From a virus (Duplodnaviria > Caudoviricetes), in the IMG/VR virus record IMGVR_UViG_3300035491_000042, positions 32,001 to 96,000 of that record: a DNA stretch of 64,000 bases; one strand, written 5' to 3'. The position numbers and the translations under genes were made by a program. A model generated the notes under the pieces. That model did no database searches and was not told the origin of the DNA. It worked only from the letters and a program-made list of their open reading frames with translations. Below, piece by piece: positions 38,090 to 46,652 of this stretch (the first letter of the stretch is position 1; each line of letters opens with the position of its first letter).

Positions 38090-38461
38090 ATGGTTGATAG
38101 TAACGACGTTCATGAAAGACTGACAAGACTTGAGGACACCGACCGTCAACTTACGCAGGAAGTCAATAAGCTTCAGAATAAGTTGGATAACGCATTACTG
38201 ACGCTTACGAATAACGTCAACAATCTTACGAATGCAATTCATGTTTTACAGGAGTCGCAATCTCAACAAACTGCTCTACAACACTCGATGATCGTTCTTC
38301 AGGAGCGTGCATCTGTTCTACCAACGATGCAAACCGAACTAAATCGCCTTGTAGTTGACTCTGCCACAAACAATCTGATACTGAAAGGAATTCGGTTCTT
38401 AGCTGGTGCTGTGGTGGTTGCTGTTTTTGGTGGGTTAGCCACGCTTCTCGTCGGAGGGTAA
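38090..38461 (+). CDS. Coiled-coil protein with C-terminal TM segment (XhlA/holin-associated type)
   Basis: ERLTRLE coiled coil and hydrophobic C-terminus. Confidence 0.55.
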   Translation: MVDSNDVHERLTRLEDTDRQLTQEVNKLQNKLDNALLTLTNNVNNLTNAIHVLQESQSQQTALQHSMIVLQERASVLPTMQTELNRLVVDSATNNLILKGIRFLAGAVVVAVFGGLATLLVGG

Positions 38462-38465
38462 GCAA

Positions 38466-38801
38466 ATGTGGGTTGACATGATCGGTGGTATAAATGCGAC
38501 AGTGTTCGCATTGGTCCTCTACAAGAGTATCATCGTTCTGGTGCGTCTTGTAAAAACAGACGGCGCATATAAAACGGCATCGGTCTTCGCCACCGTTTTC
38601 ACAATGATCTCATGCATCTTGTTTGGTGCAACACAATTTTACCTCATGGATATTGCAAGCCAGTTTGACGAAGCAGTCATCTGGTTATGGTCCGCTATGA
38701 ACTTCTTTGTAAGCTCGTCCTTCCTGATCTACACCGTATGGATAGATATCTGGACATCTATTACTTGTAAGTATCGGAGAAAATCTGAAATCAGATTTTA
38801 G
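38466..38801 (+). CDS. Small three-TM membrane protein
   Basis: Three hydrophobic segments, basic C-terminus; GGAG RBS. Confidence 0.55.
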   Translation: MWVDMIGGINATVFALVLYKSIIVLVRLVKTDGAYKTASVFATVFTMISCILFGATQFYLMDIASQFDEAVIWLWSAMNFFVSSSFLIYTVWIDIWTSITCKYRRKSEIRF

Positions 38802-38807
38802 AGGGAA

Positions 38808-40343
38808 TCAGAAACTGATCCCCCACACCTCATCATCCATATTGACCTCGTCAATATTGTTTACCCTGTCATAGACATCATCATCAAAGTTCGCAAGCTG
38901 TGGAAGCATATTCATCAGCAAGACAAGCGCCATCACCAAGTCATCCTTCGCACCTTTCTCAGCAGCAAACCCAGCTCCCTGCTTGATGAAGAACTTTAGC
39001 TCCGTCAAAACTTTGATGGAGTGTAGCGTCATGCGGTTGGTCTCAACCAAGTCCTTCAGCGACATACAGCCTGTCATCTTCTTCGGGTTGGTAGTATACG
39101 TGCCCAGTCGGGTGATAGTGCCATCTTTATTGATGTCCGAGATCATGATAGCATTCTGAAGAGCGTCATTGGTGCTGTTCTCGATCAGACGGATGATGCC
39201 CTGACCGATACTGTTCGCTTCTACAGTGTAGTAGACATCAACCGCCCCTTCATCGAATAGGTGCTCAATGAACGCAACGATCTCCTTGAAGTACATGGTC
39301 TGGTTCAGCGTATTGTTTGAGAACTCTGCAACCTGCTCAAACGTCTCCACGTCTACAGCCTGAATAGCATGGTTATCCTTCGAGATACCTTCAGCCACGT
39401 CACATGCAAACGCGATACGTCTTCCTTTGAAGCTCTCGACATAGATATCAAAGAACGTCCTGAACGTCCTTACTGGCTCCTTCGATGGGAGTGCTTCAAG
39501 AATCGAAGAGTTGATCAACAGGGGACTGTCAGACACGAACGCGCCTTCGTATTCCTGATGATACTTTTCCTTCGACATCTTACCAAGCATCTTCTTCTTG
39601 AACTCTTCAGTACGACCGGGGATCAGCTTGTAATCCACTTTCATGTACGCGAAGCCGTTACGCTTAGCCATGGCACCGAATGCCAGCTCAGCATATTTCC
39701 CTACAGTACCACGAGGGGTAGAGATGAAGATTGCCTTGGTTGTACTCTCTTCACCATCCGCAGTCAGCGATGGTAGCAGAGCAGTATAGAATTCTTCAGC
39801 CACCAGTGGGCTCACGAACGCAAATTCGTCGACGATAGCCAATTGGTTAGTACGACCACGAAGAGCGTTCTCACTGGTTACCTGTACATAGATTTGTGAA
39901 CCATGAGCGAATGCAACCTCAGTACGGTTGTACAAAGTAACAGCAGGCTTCAGGAAGTCAGGCAGTTCTTCATACGCAGTCTTCACACGCGCAAGGAAGT
40001 CCTTACAGTTCGCTGTTTTGAACGATGTGAAACCTACGGTGAAGTCGTCGGTGAAAATCGCCTGATGTAGAGCGTACAATCCAAGCGTAATAGTCTTTCC
40101 CGATTGACGCGGTGCGTTGACACACGTCATTTGCTCATCACAAATTAACCGAATCAAATCTTCTTGATAGATTCGAGGCTCGTAAAGTTTACGACCCTTT
40201 GGTGTTACTACCTTACAGTAGGTCGTCATGAAGTAGAACGGATCAGCAGCACACTTGATCCACTCTTCATCTTCTTCTTTGGTTCGAGGTTTCTCAGCAC
40301 CGGGTTTCTTGACAAGCGCCTCGACGACATTGTACTGTCCCAT
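38808..40343 (-). CDS. terL: Terminase large subunit (T4 gp17-like)
   Basis: KCAADP.YF, PRQSGKT Walker A, IVDEFAF Walker B, ISTPRG, DVAEG...D, DDLVMA. Confidence 0.95.
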   Translation of the reverse strand: MGQYNVVEALVKKPGAEKPRTKEEDEEWIKCAADPFYFMTTYCKVVTPKGRKLYEPRIYQEDLIRLICDEQMTCVNAPRQSGKTITLGLYALHQAIFTDDFTVGFTSFKTANCKDFLARVKTAYEELPDFLKPAVTLYNRTEVAFAHGSQIYVQVTSENALRGRTNQLAIVDEFAFVSPLVAEEFYTALLPSLTADGEESTTKAIFISTPRGTVGKYAELAFGAMAKRNGFAYMKVDYKLIPGRTEEFKKKMLGKMSKEKYHQEYEGAFVSDSPLLINSSILEALPSKEPVRTFRTFFDIYVESFKGRRIAFACDVAEGISKDNHAIQAVDVETFEQVAEFSNNTLNQTMYFKEIVAFIEHLFDEGAVDVYYTVEANSIGQGIIRLIENSTNDALQNAIMISDINKDGTITRLGTYTTNPKKMTGCMSLKDLVETNRMTLHSIKVLTELKFFIKQGAGFAAEKGAKDDLVMALVLLMNMLPQLANFDDDVYDRVNNIDEVNMDDEVWGISF

Positions 40344-40364
40344 GAAATCATCTCCTTTTTAATT

Positions 40365-40372
40365 TATTTATA
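40365..40372 (-). promoter_or_regulatory. Late promoter TATAAATA for the terminase gene
   Basis: Exact consensus on the minus strand 21 nt upstream of the start. Confidence 0.8.
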
Positions 40373-40382
40373 GGATTTTTCA

Positions 40383-41036
40383 ATGGAAAAAGAGATTCTG
40401 AGTAAATACCTCAATTACAACAGACGGACTGGGATTTTCACATGGAAGAAACGTGGTGATAAACGTTTCGATTCGCGATATGCTGGAACCCCTGCTGGAA
40501 CCATCCATGTCTCCACTACCGGGCGCAAGTCGGTGAAGATTAAGATCGAAGGAAAGAGCTACTACGCTCATCGGTTAGCATGGATTATGGTGACTGGTGC
40601 CCACCCAGAAGGTGTCATCGATCACATCGATCACAATCCCCTGAACAACAAGTGGAAGAACCTTCGTGACGTCTCACAGGCTGACAACATGAAGAACCGG
40701 AAGATGCCAGTGACCAACAAGACTGGGATACCAAACTGTTTCTTCTGCAACAAAAAGAAGAAGTACGTGGTGAAGATCGCCCCATTTGGTGAGGTGGGAT
40801 ATGCCACCAACAAGGTAGACGCTGCGAAGCTATCGAAATCTGCGAGAATTCGTGCTGGATATCACCATTCTCACGGAAAAAATGCACTTTTTGATAAATA
40901 TAAGTGTGAGAGGTTTTTCCTTCCTTTTTCCCTCTCATATAGGAAACCCGCCGATTGGCGGGTTTTTTGTTACCTCATTCTGCGACCTAGTATCCCTTCT
41001 CGGTTCATCCGTTTGATCAGTGTTTGTTTGAACTGA
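40383..41036 (+). CDS. HNH homing endonuclease; C-terminal ~50 aa is probably read-through
   Basis: YYAHRLAW...G..P...IDHIDHNPLNNKWKNLRDVS...N; family-like sequence ends near GYHHSHGK (~40880). Confidence 0.8.
   Translation: MEKEILSKYLNYNRRTGIFTWKKRGDKRFDSRYAGTPAGTIHVSTTGRKSVKIKIEGKSYYAHRLAWIMVTGAHPEGVIDHIDHNPLNNKWKNLRDVSQADNMKNRKMPVTNKTGIPNCFFCNKKKKYVVKIAPFGEVGYATNKVDAAKLSKSARIRAGYHHSHGKNALFDKYKCERFFLPFSLSYRKPADWRVFCYLILRPSIPSRFIRLISVCLN
40895..40968 (+). ncRNA. Putative late small RNA (promoter, hairpin with C/U loop, terminator)
   Basis: TAAATA 40895-40900; stem GTGTGAGAGG/CCTCTCATAT; loop TTTTTCCTTCCTTTTTC; terminator AAACCCGCC-GATT-GGCGGGTTTTTT. Confidence 0.5.
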
Positions 41037-41791
41037 ACTGCCTTATCAGTCCTGTCTCTCCTATCAGACTGTTGGAACCCTCGATATGTAATACCAAGAA
41101 CGTAAGATTTGTCCATGAGGTCGTCAAATGTGAAGCGATCCCAAATCTTCTGGTATTTCCGATATGCCTGATATACGTTGTGCGTCATAGCTTCCATCTC
41201 GTAGTCGGTGAGATATATCTCGCTCTTACCACGCTTACGAATTTTGTCTAGGTTCTTTCCACCAGTAGTATCGACATCATCAACTGACTTTCTGATCATT
41301 CTCGTTAAGTGCTTGTTATTCCTGATGTCATCAACGTAGTGAGCCAGCTCGTGGTAGATAGATTCTTTCACGCGGTTAGGGGACAGGTCGCGTTGTAGTT
41401 GGTTCAGGAATCCGGGCATCTTTTCTTTGATGCCGTTGATAGTTCCATCACCATATTGTTTCATGAATTTCAGTGCCTCTTGGCTGATACTCAATGATAG
41501 AATACCAGTGTGGGAGTTGTAGTGATTTCCTTCTCGGTTAACGAGGATGCTGATAGGTGCCTCGGCAAATACCAGTTTCAATTCATTTGACGCGAACAGA
41601 TTGCGGCGAATGATCGTTGGTGGTGTGAGAAGACGAACCGAAACGTCATCAGCGTGTCCGCCGTTGAACAGTTTCTGTACATCATCTCTGAATAACTGCG
41701 TATAAATCCTATCCACGTCTTTCGCCAGTTCAGTACGAAGAGCTTCGGTCAATAGCTCGTCTTTGTTTTCAAACAATTCTTCAATATTCAT
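40970..41791 (-). CDS. Putative internal head protein with zincin metallopeptidase motif
   Basis: N-terminus MNIEELFE..ELLTEA; SIYHELAH...YLTDYEMEA (HExxH...E). Confidence 0.6.
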   Translation of the reverse strand: MNIEELFENKDELLTEALRTELAKDVDRIYTQLFRDDVQKLFNGGHADDVSVRLLTPPTIIRRNLFASNELKLVFAEAPISILVNREGNHYNSHTGILSLSISQEALKFMKQYGDGTINGIKEKMPGFLNQLQRDLSPNRVKESIYHELAHYVDDIRNNKHLTRMIRKSVDDVDTTGGKNLDKIRKRGKSEIYLTDYEMEAMTHNVYQAYRKYQKIWDRFTFDDLMDKSYVLGITYRGFQQSDRRDRTDKAVQFKQTLIKRMNREGILGRRMR

Positions 41792-42708
41792 TCTAGGTAT
41801 CCTAATCTTTCTACTTCGGCATGAATCGCTTCAGCCAGATCGATGACGTTTCCTACACGGAATTTCACCATCAGTGTTCGGAGCTTCTGCATAGACTCCC
41901 GCTTTGTTTCGTTGAACATATCGTTCTTCAATTTACCGATCATTTCTTTCCTGTAGTACGGGTTATTGTACCCATACGGGCCAGTGAAGAAGAACATCAT
42001 TTCCTTGGTCGGTCGCTTTCCCTTCAGTAGCATCTCGCCAATGAGGATAAGGTTACGCAGAGCGTCAGTCTCGTATGGCTTGTAACGTCGACTTGGTGCG
42101 TCGCCGAACATCGGAGAGCCTTCGCTGCGATTGACAACAGCACCAAGACCAGCCGGGTTTCTACCGGTTAGCATCGTACTCTGGGTGTCAAATACTCTAA
42201 CAGGGACTCCAGCTCGTTTGGCAGCGAAAATCAGCTTATTGAGACCGCGATGAGTGTCTTTCATTGGCTCATCGCTGAACGTGCTTCTACGAGGCTCTTT
42301 CATCATGATATCGACACTCATGATGTACTTCAGCGCCGGGATCGTTCTGGTTGGTGAGAAGATGCGATCTTCCATCTCATCATTCAACGGAACACCGTGC
42401 TCGTTTCTGAACGAATCGCCCCAATAATCGACTGGCTTGCCAGCATAGGTCTGAGCAAGCTTTCGCCCATCCAAGACAAAGATGACAGTTCCATTAAACA
42501 TACTGTTCTCACTATTATGGTAGCTACCAGCACGACTACGTGTGGTACTTAGATAGAACATAGGCTTACCAGACTTCATTTCTGCATCTTTCGCAAAATC
42601 GGCACTAAGGATAAAGCGATTGTCCTCAATGATACTGGCTGCTTGCATTATGCCAGTTGAGTGATAGAGAACATTGCTGATCCCCTCAAATAGTTCTTCT
42701 ACTTTCAT
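41788..42708 (-). CDS. Putative internal head protein with ADP-ribosyltransferase-like fold
   Basis: MKVEELFEG; LYHST...YLSTTRS...DEMEDRI. Confidence 0.55.
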   Translation of the reverse strand: MKVEELFEGISNVLYHSTGIMQAASIIEDNRFILSADFAKDAEMKSGKPMFYLSTTRSRAGSYHNSENSMFNGTVIFVLDGRKLAQTYAGKPVDYWGDSFRNEHGVPLNDEMEDRIFSPTRTIPALKYIMSVDIMMKEPRRSTFSDEPMKDTHRGLNKLIFAAKRAGVPVRVFDTQSTMLTGRNPAGLGAVVNRSEGSPMFGDAPSRRYKPYETDALRNLILIGEMLLKGKRPTKEMMFFFTGPYGYNNPYYRKEMIGKLKNDMFNETKRESMQKLRTLMVKFRVGNVIDLAEAIHAEVERLGYLE

Positions 42709-43304
42709 CCGAATTTAAACCCCATGTTTGTAAGCATTGATTTGAACTCCTTCACAGAGTCATTATATGTTCTTTGTATATTCCGCAACAGGTAGTTGGT
42801 AGTTGGGATTCCTCGTTCTGATGTAACAGTGATAAAAGGAATACCTTTCAGCTCTTTCACCACATCGATAATGTGTCGAAGCTGTTCGTTGTAGTCACCA
42901 TCGAGGTTATCCCCACCACCAGAACGGTACACCTCTCGTGGCATATAGATGATTGCTCTGGTGATATACCGACGAATGCCTTTGATCTCGTTCGTATAGA
43001 TACGATCTTCCATCTGTGATCCCTTGCCTCTTAGGTGTACGATCTGCCAGTCATCTTCATCCATTTCTTCACGCCCAACAGGTGAACCGCTGTAGCGTTG
43101 ACCCAGAGCTTCACCATCGAGCTCGAAGAGTACACCAATCATTCGGTGGTCGCGTGGGTTTGACCCCATGACCGACCGGCTGAATGAGATTTCACCGATT
43201 CGTGAACGCATGGTATTCGAGCGAAGGATACCGCTCGCATGATCGAACGTGGTGAAATGATAGAGAGTCTTGGAAACTCCCTCGAAAAGGTCTTCAACTC
43301 TCAT
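42705..43304 (-). CDS. Putative internal head protein with ADP-ribosyltransferase-like fold (paralog of 41788)
   Basis: MRVEDLFEG; LYHFT...ISFSRS...LDG..L.Q.Y.G.PV...QMEDRI. Confidence 0.55.
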   Translation of the reverse strand: MRVEDLFEGVSKTLYHFTTFDHASGILRSNTMRSRIGEISFSRSVMGSNPRDHRMIGVLFELDGEALGQRYSGSPVGREEMDEDDWQIVHLRGKGSQMEDRIYTNEIKGIRRYITRAIIYMPREVYRSGGGDNLDGDYNEQLRHIIDVVKELKGIPFITVTSERGIPTTNYLLRNIQRTYNDSVKEFKSMLTNMGFKFG

Positions 43305-43714
43305 TTCTTAACCAGTCTGACCTTCTCTGCAAGCTCAGCACGACTCAAAGGCTTGTACTCAGCGGTGCTTTCTTCATCTTCACCAGCGCCGTCTTTGGCA
43401 ACCTCTGACCCCGTCTTACCGGCATTCGCCTTAACGATGCGTTTAGCCATCTCTTCGAGGTACTTCTTCTTGTAGATAGCGTCTTTGGCTTGGTTCAGGT
43501 ATCGCTCGCATACCTCAAGGTACTTCACCCGGTTCTTTGGTTCGATCAAGGCGATATCATCCATCTGCTCCTTGTACGCCTTTAGCGCAAGGTCAGCAAT
43601 CAAGTCAAGGTTTTTCAGCTCGCGCTCGTCTGGGATGTGTACGGCTACGTAGTCATCATCGATCATGTTGTCTGTTGCGATATTGAATTCGTCATCTAGT
43701 GGGTTCTTTGACAT
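43301..43714 (-). CDS. Possible terminase small subunit
   Basis: 137-aa helical protein, first gene of the late unit (TAAATA at 43737-43742, minus) pointing toward terL. Confidence 0.4.
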   Translation of the reverse strand: MSKNPLDDEFNIATDNMIDDDYVAVHIPDERELKNLDLIADLALKAYKEQMDDIALIEPKNRVKYLEVCERYLNQAKDAIYKKKYLEEMAKRIVKANAGKTGSEVAKDGAGEDEESTAEYKPLSRAELAEKVRLVKK

Positions 43715-43769
43715 GGTCTTCTCCTGTCGTTCCTAGTATTTAGTCGCTTGGGATATGTCTATGAAATGG

Positions 43770-43888
43770 AAGGATTTTTCATTCTTTGAATACAGTAATA
43801 AGTATTGAGTCGCTAGGCTCGCTGTCGCTCGCTACGCTCCTCACCCGTTCACTGGATTTTCGTTGAAGTTTCATTGGAATATATTAGG
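43770..43888. repeat. 119-bp non-coding direct repeat, copy 2
   Basis: Ungapped match to 3044-3162 with 5 mismatches. Confidence 0.95.
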
Positions 43889-43959
43889 GAAATAAATTTG
43901 ATCAATCGGTTTTGATTTATGAATAGAAAAAGTCAATGAACAATTTTTTTTAGGTGGGT

Positions 43960-43967
43960 TATAAATA
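43960..43967 (+). promoter_or_regulatory. Late promoter TATAAATA upstream of phoH
   Basis: Exact consensus 38 nt before the 44006 start. Confidence 0.7.
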
Positions 43968-44005
43968 TTCCTAAGCGGTGTGCGTCGATAGGAGCATCCT
44001 GAACT

Positions 44006-44749
44006 ATGAGTAAAACACGTAAGCAGCATCTGAATACTGAAAACGAGAGTGAGAGTAATGTCCGTATACTGGGAGCCAACAAGAGGCTCCATTCGCATGA
44101 CGTGAAACCATTCAAAGCAAAAAGTGAGAACCAAGCAGAGTTTCTGCGACTCTACTACCAAGACATCCCCATCATCTCACTACACGGTTGGGCAGGTACA
44201 GGTAAGACATACTTAGCTCTGGCTGCTGCAATGGAAGAGGCGTTTGACAGTTCGAGCCCATATGAGAAAATCACCATCATCCGTTCTGCTGTAGAGGTTC
44301 GGAAGAAAGGGTTTCTACCGGGTACGGAAGAAGAGAAGATGGCAGTTTATGAACGCCCATACGAGAGTATCTTCCGAGAGCTTCTTAGTTTCAAAGATGG
44401 CTACCGACATGCCAAGGCACTGGGTCAGGTAGACTTCATTTCATCTTCATTCCTACGTGGCGACACGTTCAATGATCAGATCGTCATCGTCGACGAAGCT
44501 GAGAACATGGACTACGCCGAGTTATCAACCATTATGACCCGTGTCGGTGTCAATTGCCGAATGATCTTCATCGGTGACGACCGACAAACCGATCTCACAC
44601 GCCATCGTGAGGTGTCCGGTTTTAACCAACTTCGCAAGGTTCTGAACGAAATGAGCCAAGACCTAGTTGGTATGGTAGATTTCACCCAAGACGATATTGT
44701 CCGCAGTGAGATCGTAAAACAATTCCTGATCGCAGAATCTCGAATCTAA
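44006..44749 (+). CDS. phoH: PhoH-family ATPase
   Basis: GWAGTGKT, GFLPG..EEK, FLRGDTF, IVDEAEN, GDDRQTD, DIVRS. Confidence 0.93.
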   Translation: MSKTRKQHLNTENESESNVRILGANKRLHSHDVKPFKAKSENQAEFLRLYYQDIPIISLHGWAGTGKTYLALAAAMEEAFDSSSPYEKITIIRSAVEVRKKGFLPGTEEEKMAVYERPYESIFRELLSFKDGYRHAKALGQVDFISSSFLRGDTFNDQIVIVDEAENMDYAELSTIMTRVGVNCRMIFIGDDRQTDLTRHREVSGFNQLRKVLNEMSQDLVGMVDFTQDDIVRSEIVKQFLIAESRI

Positions 44750-44773
44750 GCAGTACCGTCCACCGCTAACATT

Positions 44774-44803
44774 AAACGCCCAAGTATTGACTTGGGCGTT
44801 TTT
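44774..44803 (+). terminator. Intrinsic terminator
   Basis: AAACGCCCAAGT-ATTG-ACTTGGGCGTTTTT. Confidence 0.85.
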
Positions 44804-44837
44804 GTTTGTAAATATATCGTCTTATTTGGAGAAACAG

Positions 44838-46313
44838 ATGAGCTTTGAAAACCTGATTTACGAAGAGATGGAGTTGTTAGAAGCAGCCCGTTTCGATCAA
44901 ACTGCTAGAAAAGTAGTGCTTCGCAATATTAACCGGTTTCGTTTCGGTATAGAATTTGAGTTTAACGTAACCGAAGGTGCCAACGCGCTCAACGAGTTCC
45001 TTCCTCCAGATGAGCAAGAGAACCCTATCACCAAGAAGATTGTTGCCCCTGTGAAACTTCTCTCTCGTGGCATCAAGAATATCCAGTCATACAGTCGCAC
45101 CACCATTCAAGAGTACGCTGACGATATCGAAGGTTTTATTTTCGACACGACGACCATCGACGAAGTGGAAAAAGAATATATCCAAGAGACAGTTCTCCCA
45201 GAAGCGGCTAAGATTGCATACGAGTTCGGTGTGAGCATCTTGAAACCGAGTCAGGAGATCGTCAGTTCGTATAAGGGCGATATCACCCGAGGTATGGGCA
45301 TAGCATACAGTCTCATGGGACCAAAGGGTTCAGCCAAGGCACGATCCATTGTTGCTGCTGCTGGGTTACGCCAGAGCCCGTCAATCGACAAGAGGAGCGC
45401 ATTGGTTGTCTTTGAGGCGATGAGTGCCATCGTTGATTATCTGGATCAAGACTGTGAGTTCGTTTCGCCGAATATCAGTGAGAAAGCTCTGAATGATGGC
45501 ATCGTCAGCGTTATTGATGCAGATCGCGATGGCGACGTGATGAAGACTAAGGTCGAAATCGTTGCAGCCGGTATTCCTGTTGATTCTCGATATATTGACA
45601 GAGTAACCCCTGACATTACTGTCCCCGATGGGGTGGAAGTGATCACAAAACCACTTCGATATGAAGAAATCCTAGACGTCATGGATGAGATGTTTCAGTT
45701 TATTCGAAAGGTCGGTGGCACAGACAACAGCACTGGCATGCACCTGAACGTCTCTATCGACAATGGTTTGAGTCTGGACAAGATTGATATCGTGAAGATG
45801 ATGATGCTGATGGACGTTGACTTCTATCAAGGGCGGTCTCGTGGGTCGAAGAAGTTCATGAAGTTCCCACTACGCAACCAGTTCGTCATGCCAATAACCG
45901 ATTTCCTTACCAGCAGCTCGAATCGTAGCGGTGAGACACCAGTCGAAGAACTGGCACGACTCTATAAGTTTAACGGTTCCCGAAATTTCTTGGATGAGTT
46001 CTCCAAGATGGTTCTCCGTGACAACGCCAAGGAACGTGCCATCAACTTGAGACACATGCTGCATGCTGACGTTTCTCAACGTCGTATCGAGTTCCGATTC
46101 TTCGGTGGTGCAGATTACGAAAGACGCTTTGATGAGATACAAAATGACATTCTGTTTATCTCTTATGTTATGCTAGTCGCTATGGACCCCACGTTCATGC
46201 GAGAAGAATACTATCGCAGCGTCATCCGACACCTTGATCGGGCAGCAAGAGATGTAACAAACGACCCTAATGTCAAAAGTTTCGCAGATTTGATAAAAAG
46301 GGTTGACGGTTAA
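44838..46313 (+). CDS. Putative amidoligase (COOH-NH2 ligase / Amidoligase_2-like)
   Basis: FGIEFEF, D.T....VEVITKPL, TDNSTGMHLNVS, AINL, IEFRFFGG; ATG 44838 with GGAG RBS; TAAATA at 44809. Confidence 0.75.
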   Translation: MSFENLIYEEMELLEAARFDQTARKVVLRNINRFRFGIEFEFNVTEGANALNEFLPPDEQENPITKKIVAPVKLLSRGIKNIQSYSRTTIQEYADDIEGFIFDTTTIDEVEKEYIQETVLPEAAKIAYEFGVSILKPSQEIVSSYKGDITRGMGIAYSLMGPKGSAKARSIVAAAGLRQSPSIDKRSALVVFEAMSAIVDYLDQDCEFVSPNISEKALNDGIVSVIDADRDGDVMKTKVEIVAAGIPVDSRYIDRVTPDITVPDGVEVITKPLRYEEILDVMDEMFQFIRKVGGTDNSTGMHLNVSIDNGLSLDKIDIVKMMMLMDVDFYQGRSRGSKKFMKFPLRNQFVMPITDFLTSSSNRSGETPVEELARLYKFNGSRNFLDEFSKMVLRDNAKERAINLRHMLHADVSQRRIEFRFFGGADYERRFDEIQNDILFISYVMLVAMDPTFMREEYYRSVIRHLDRAARDVTNDPNVKSFADLIKRVDG

Positions 46314-46331
46314 ATGAAACCGTCCTAAGAT
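46303..46331 (+). promoter_or_regulatory. sigma70-like promoter with an internal inverted repeat
   Basis: TTGACG-17 nt-TAAGAT; GACGGTT-6 nt-AACCGTC at 46305-46324. Confidence 0.65.
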
Positions 46332-46355
46332 TCAAGCTGAAAAAGGAGAAGTAAC

Positions 46356-46652
46356 ATGAATTTTGAAGAAGCACTGAGCGCCGTCAAGAACGGCGAACGC
46401 GTATGTCGCGAAGGCTGGAATGGGAAGGGAATGTTCATTTTCCTTGTACCCGGTTCCCAGTTTCAGGTCAACCGCGCTCCTCTGATGGGTATCTTCCCAG
46501 AAGGAACTACCATCAACTACCAAGCACACATCGATATCTTTACTGCTCAGAAGACAGTTTCAGTGTGGCAACCGTCCAACGGTGATATGCTGGCAACCGA
46601 CTGGCAAATCTTCACTGGTGAACCAGTAGCACTGCTTCAGGAGTCTGTGTAA
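46356..46652 (+). CDS. DUF2829 protein, Tad2-like anti-defence nucleotide sponge
   Basis: MNF.EAL.AVK.G.RV.R.GWNGKGMFIFL...W.PS..DMLA.DW. Confidence 0.85.
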   Translation: MNFEEALSAVKNGERVCREGWNGKGMFIFLVPGSQFQVNRAPLMGIFPEGTTINYQAHIDIFTAQKTVSVWQPSNGDMLATDWQIFTGEPVALLQESV

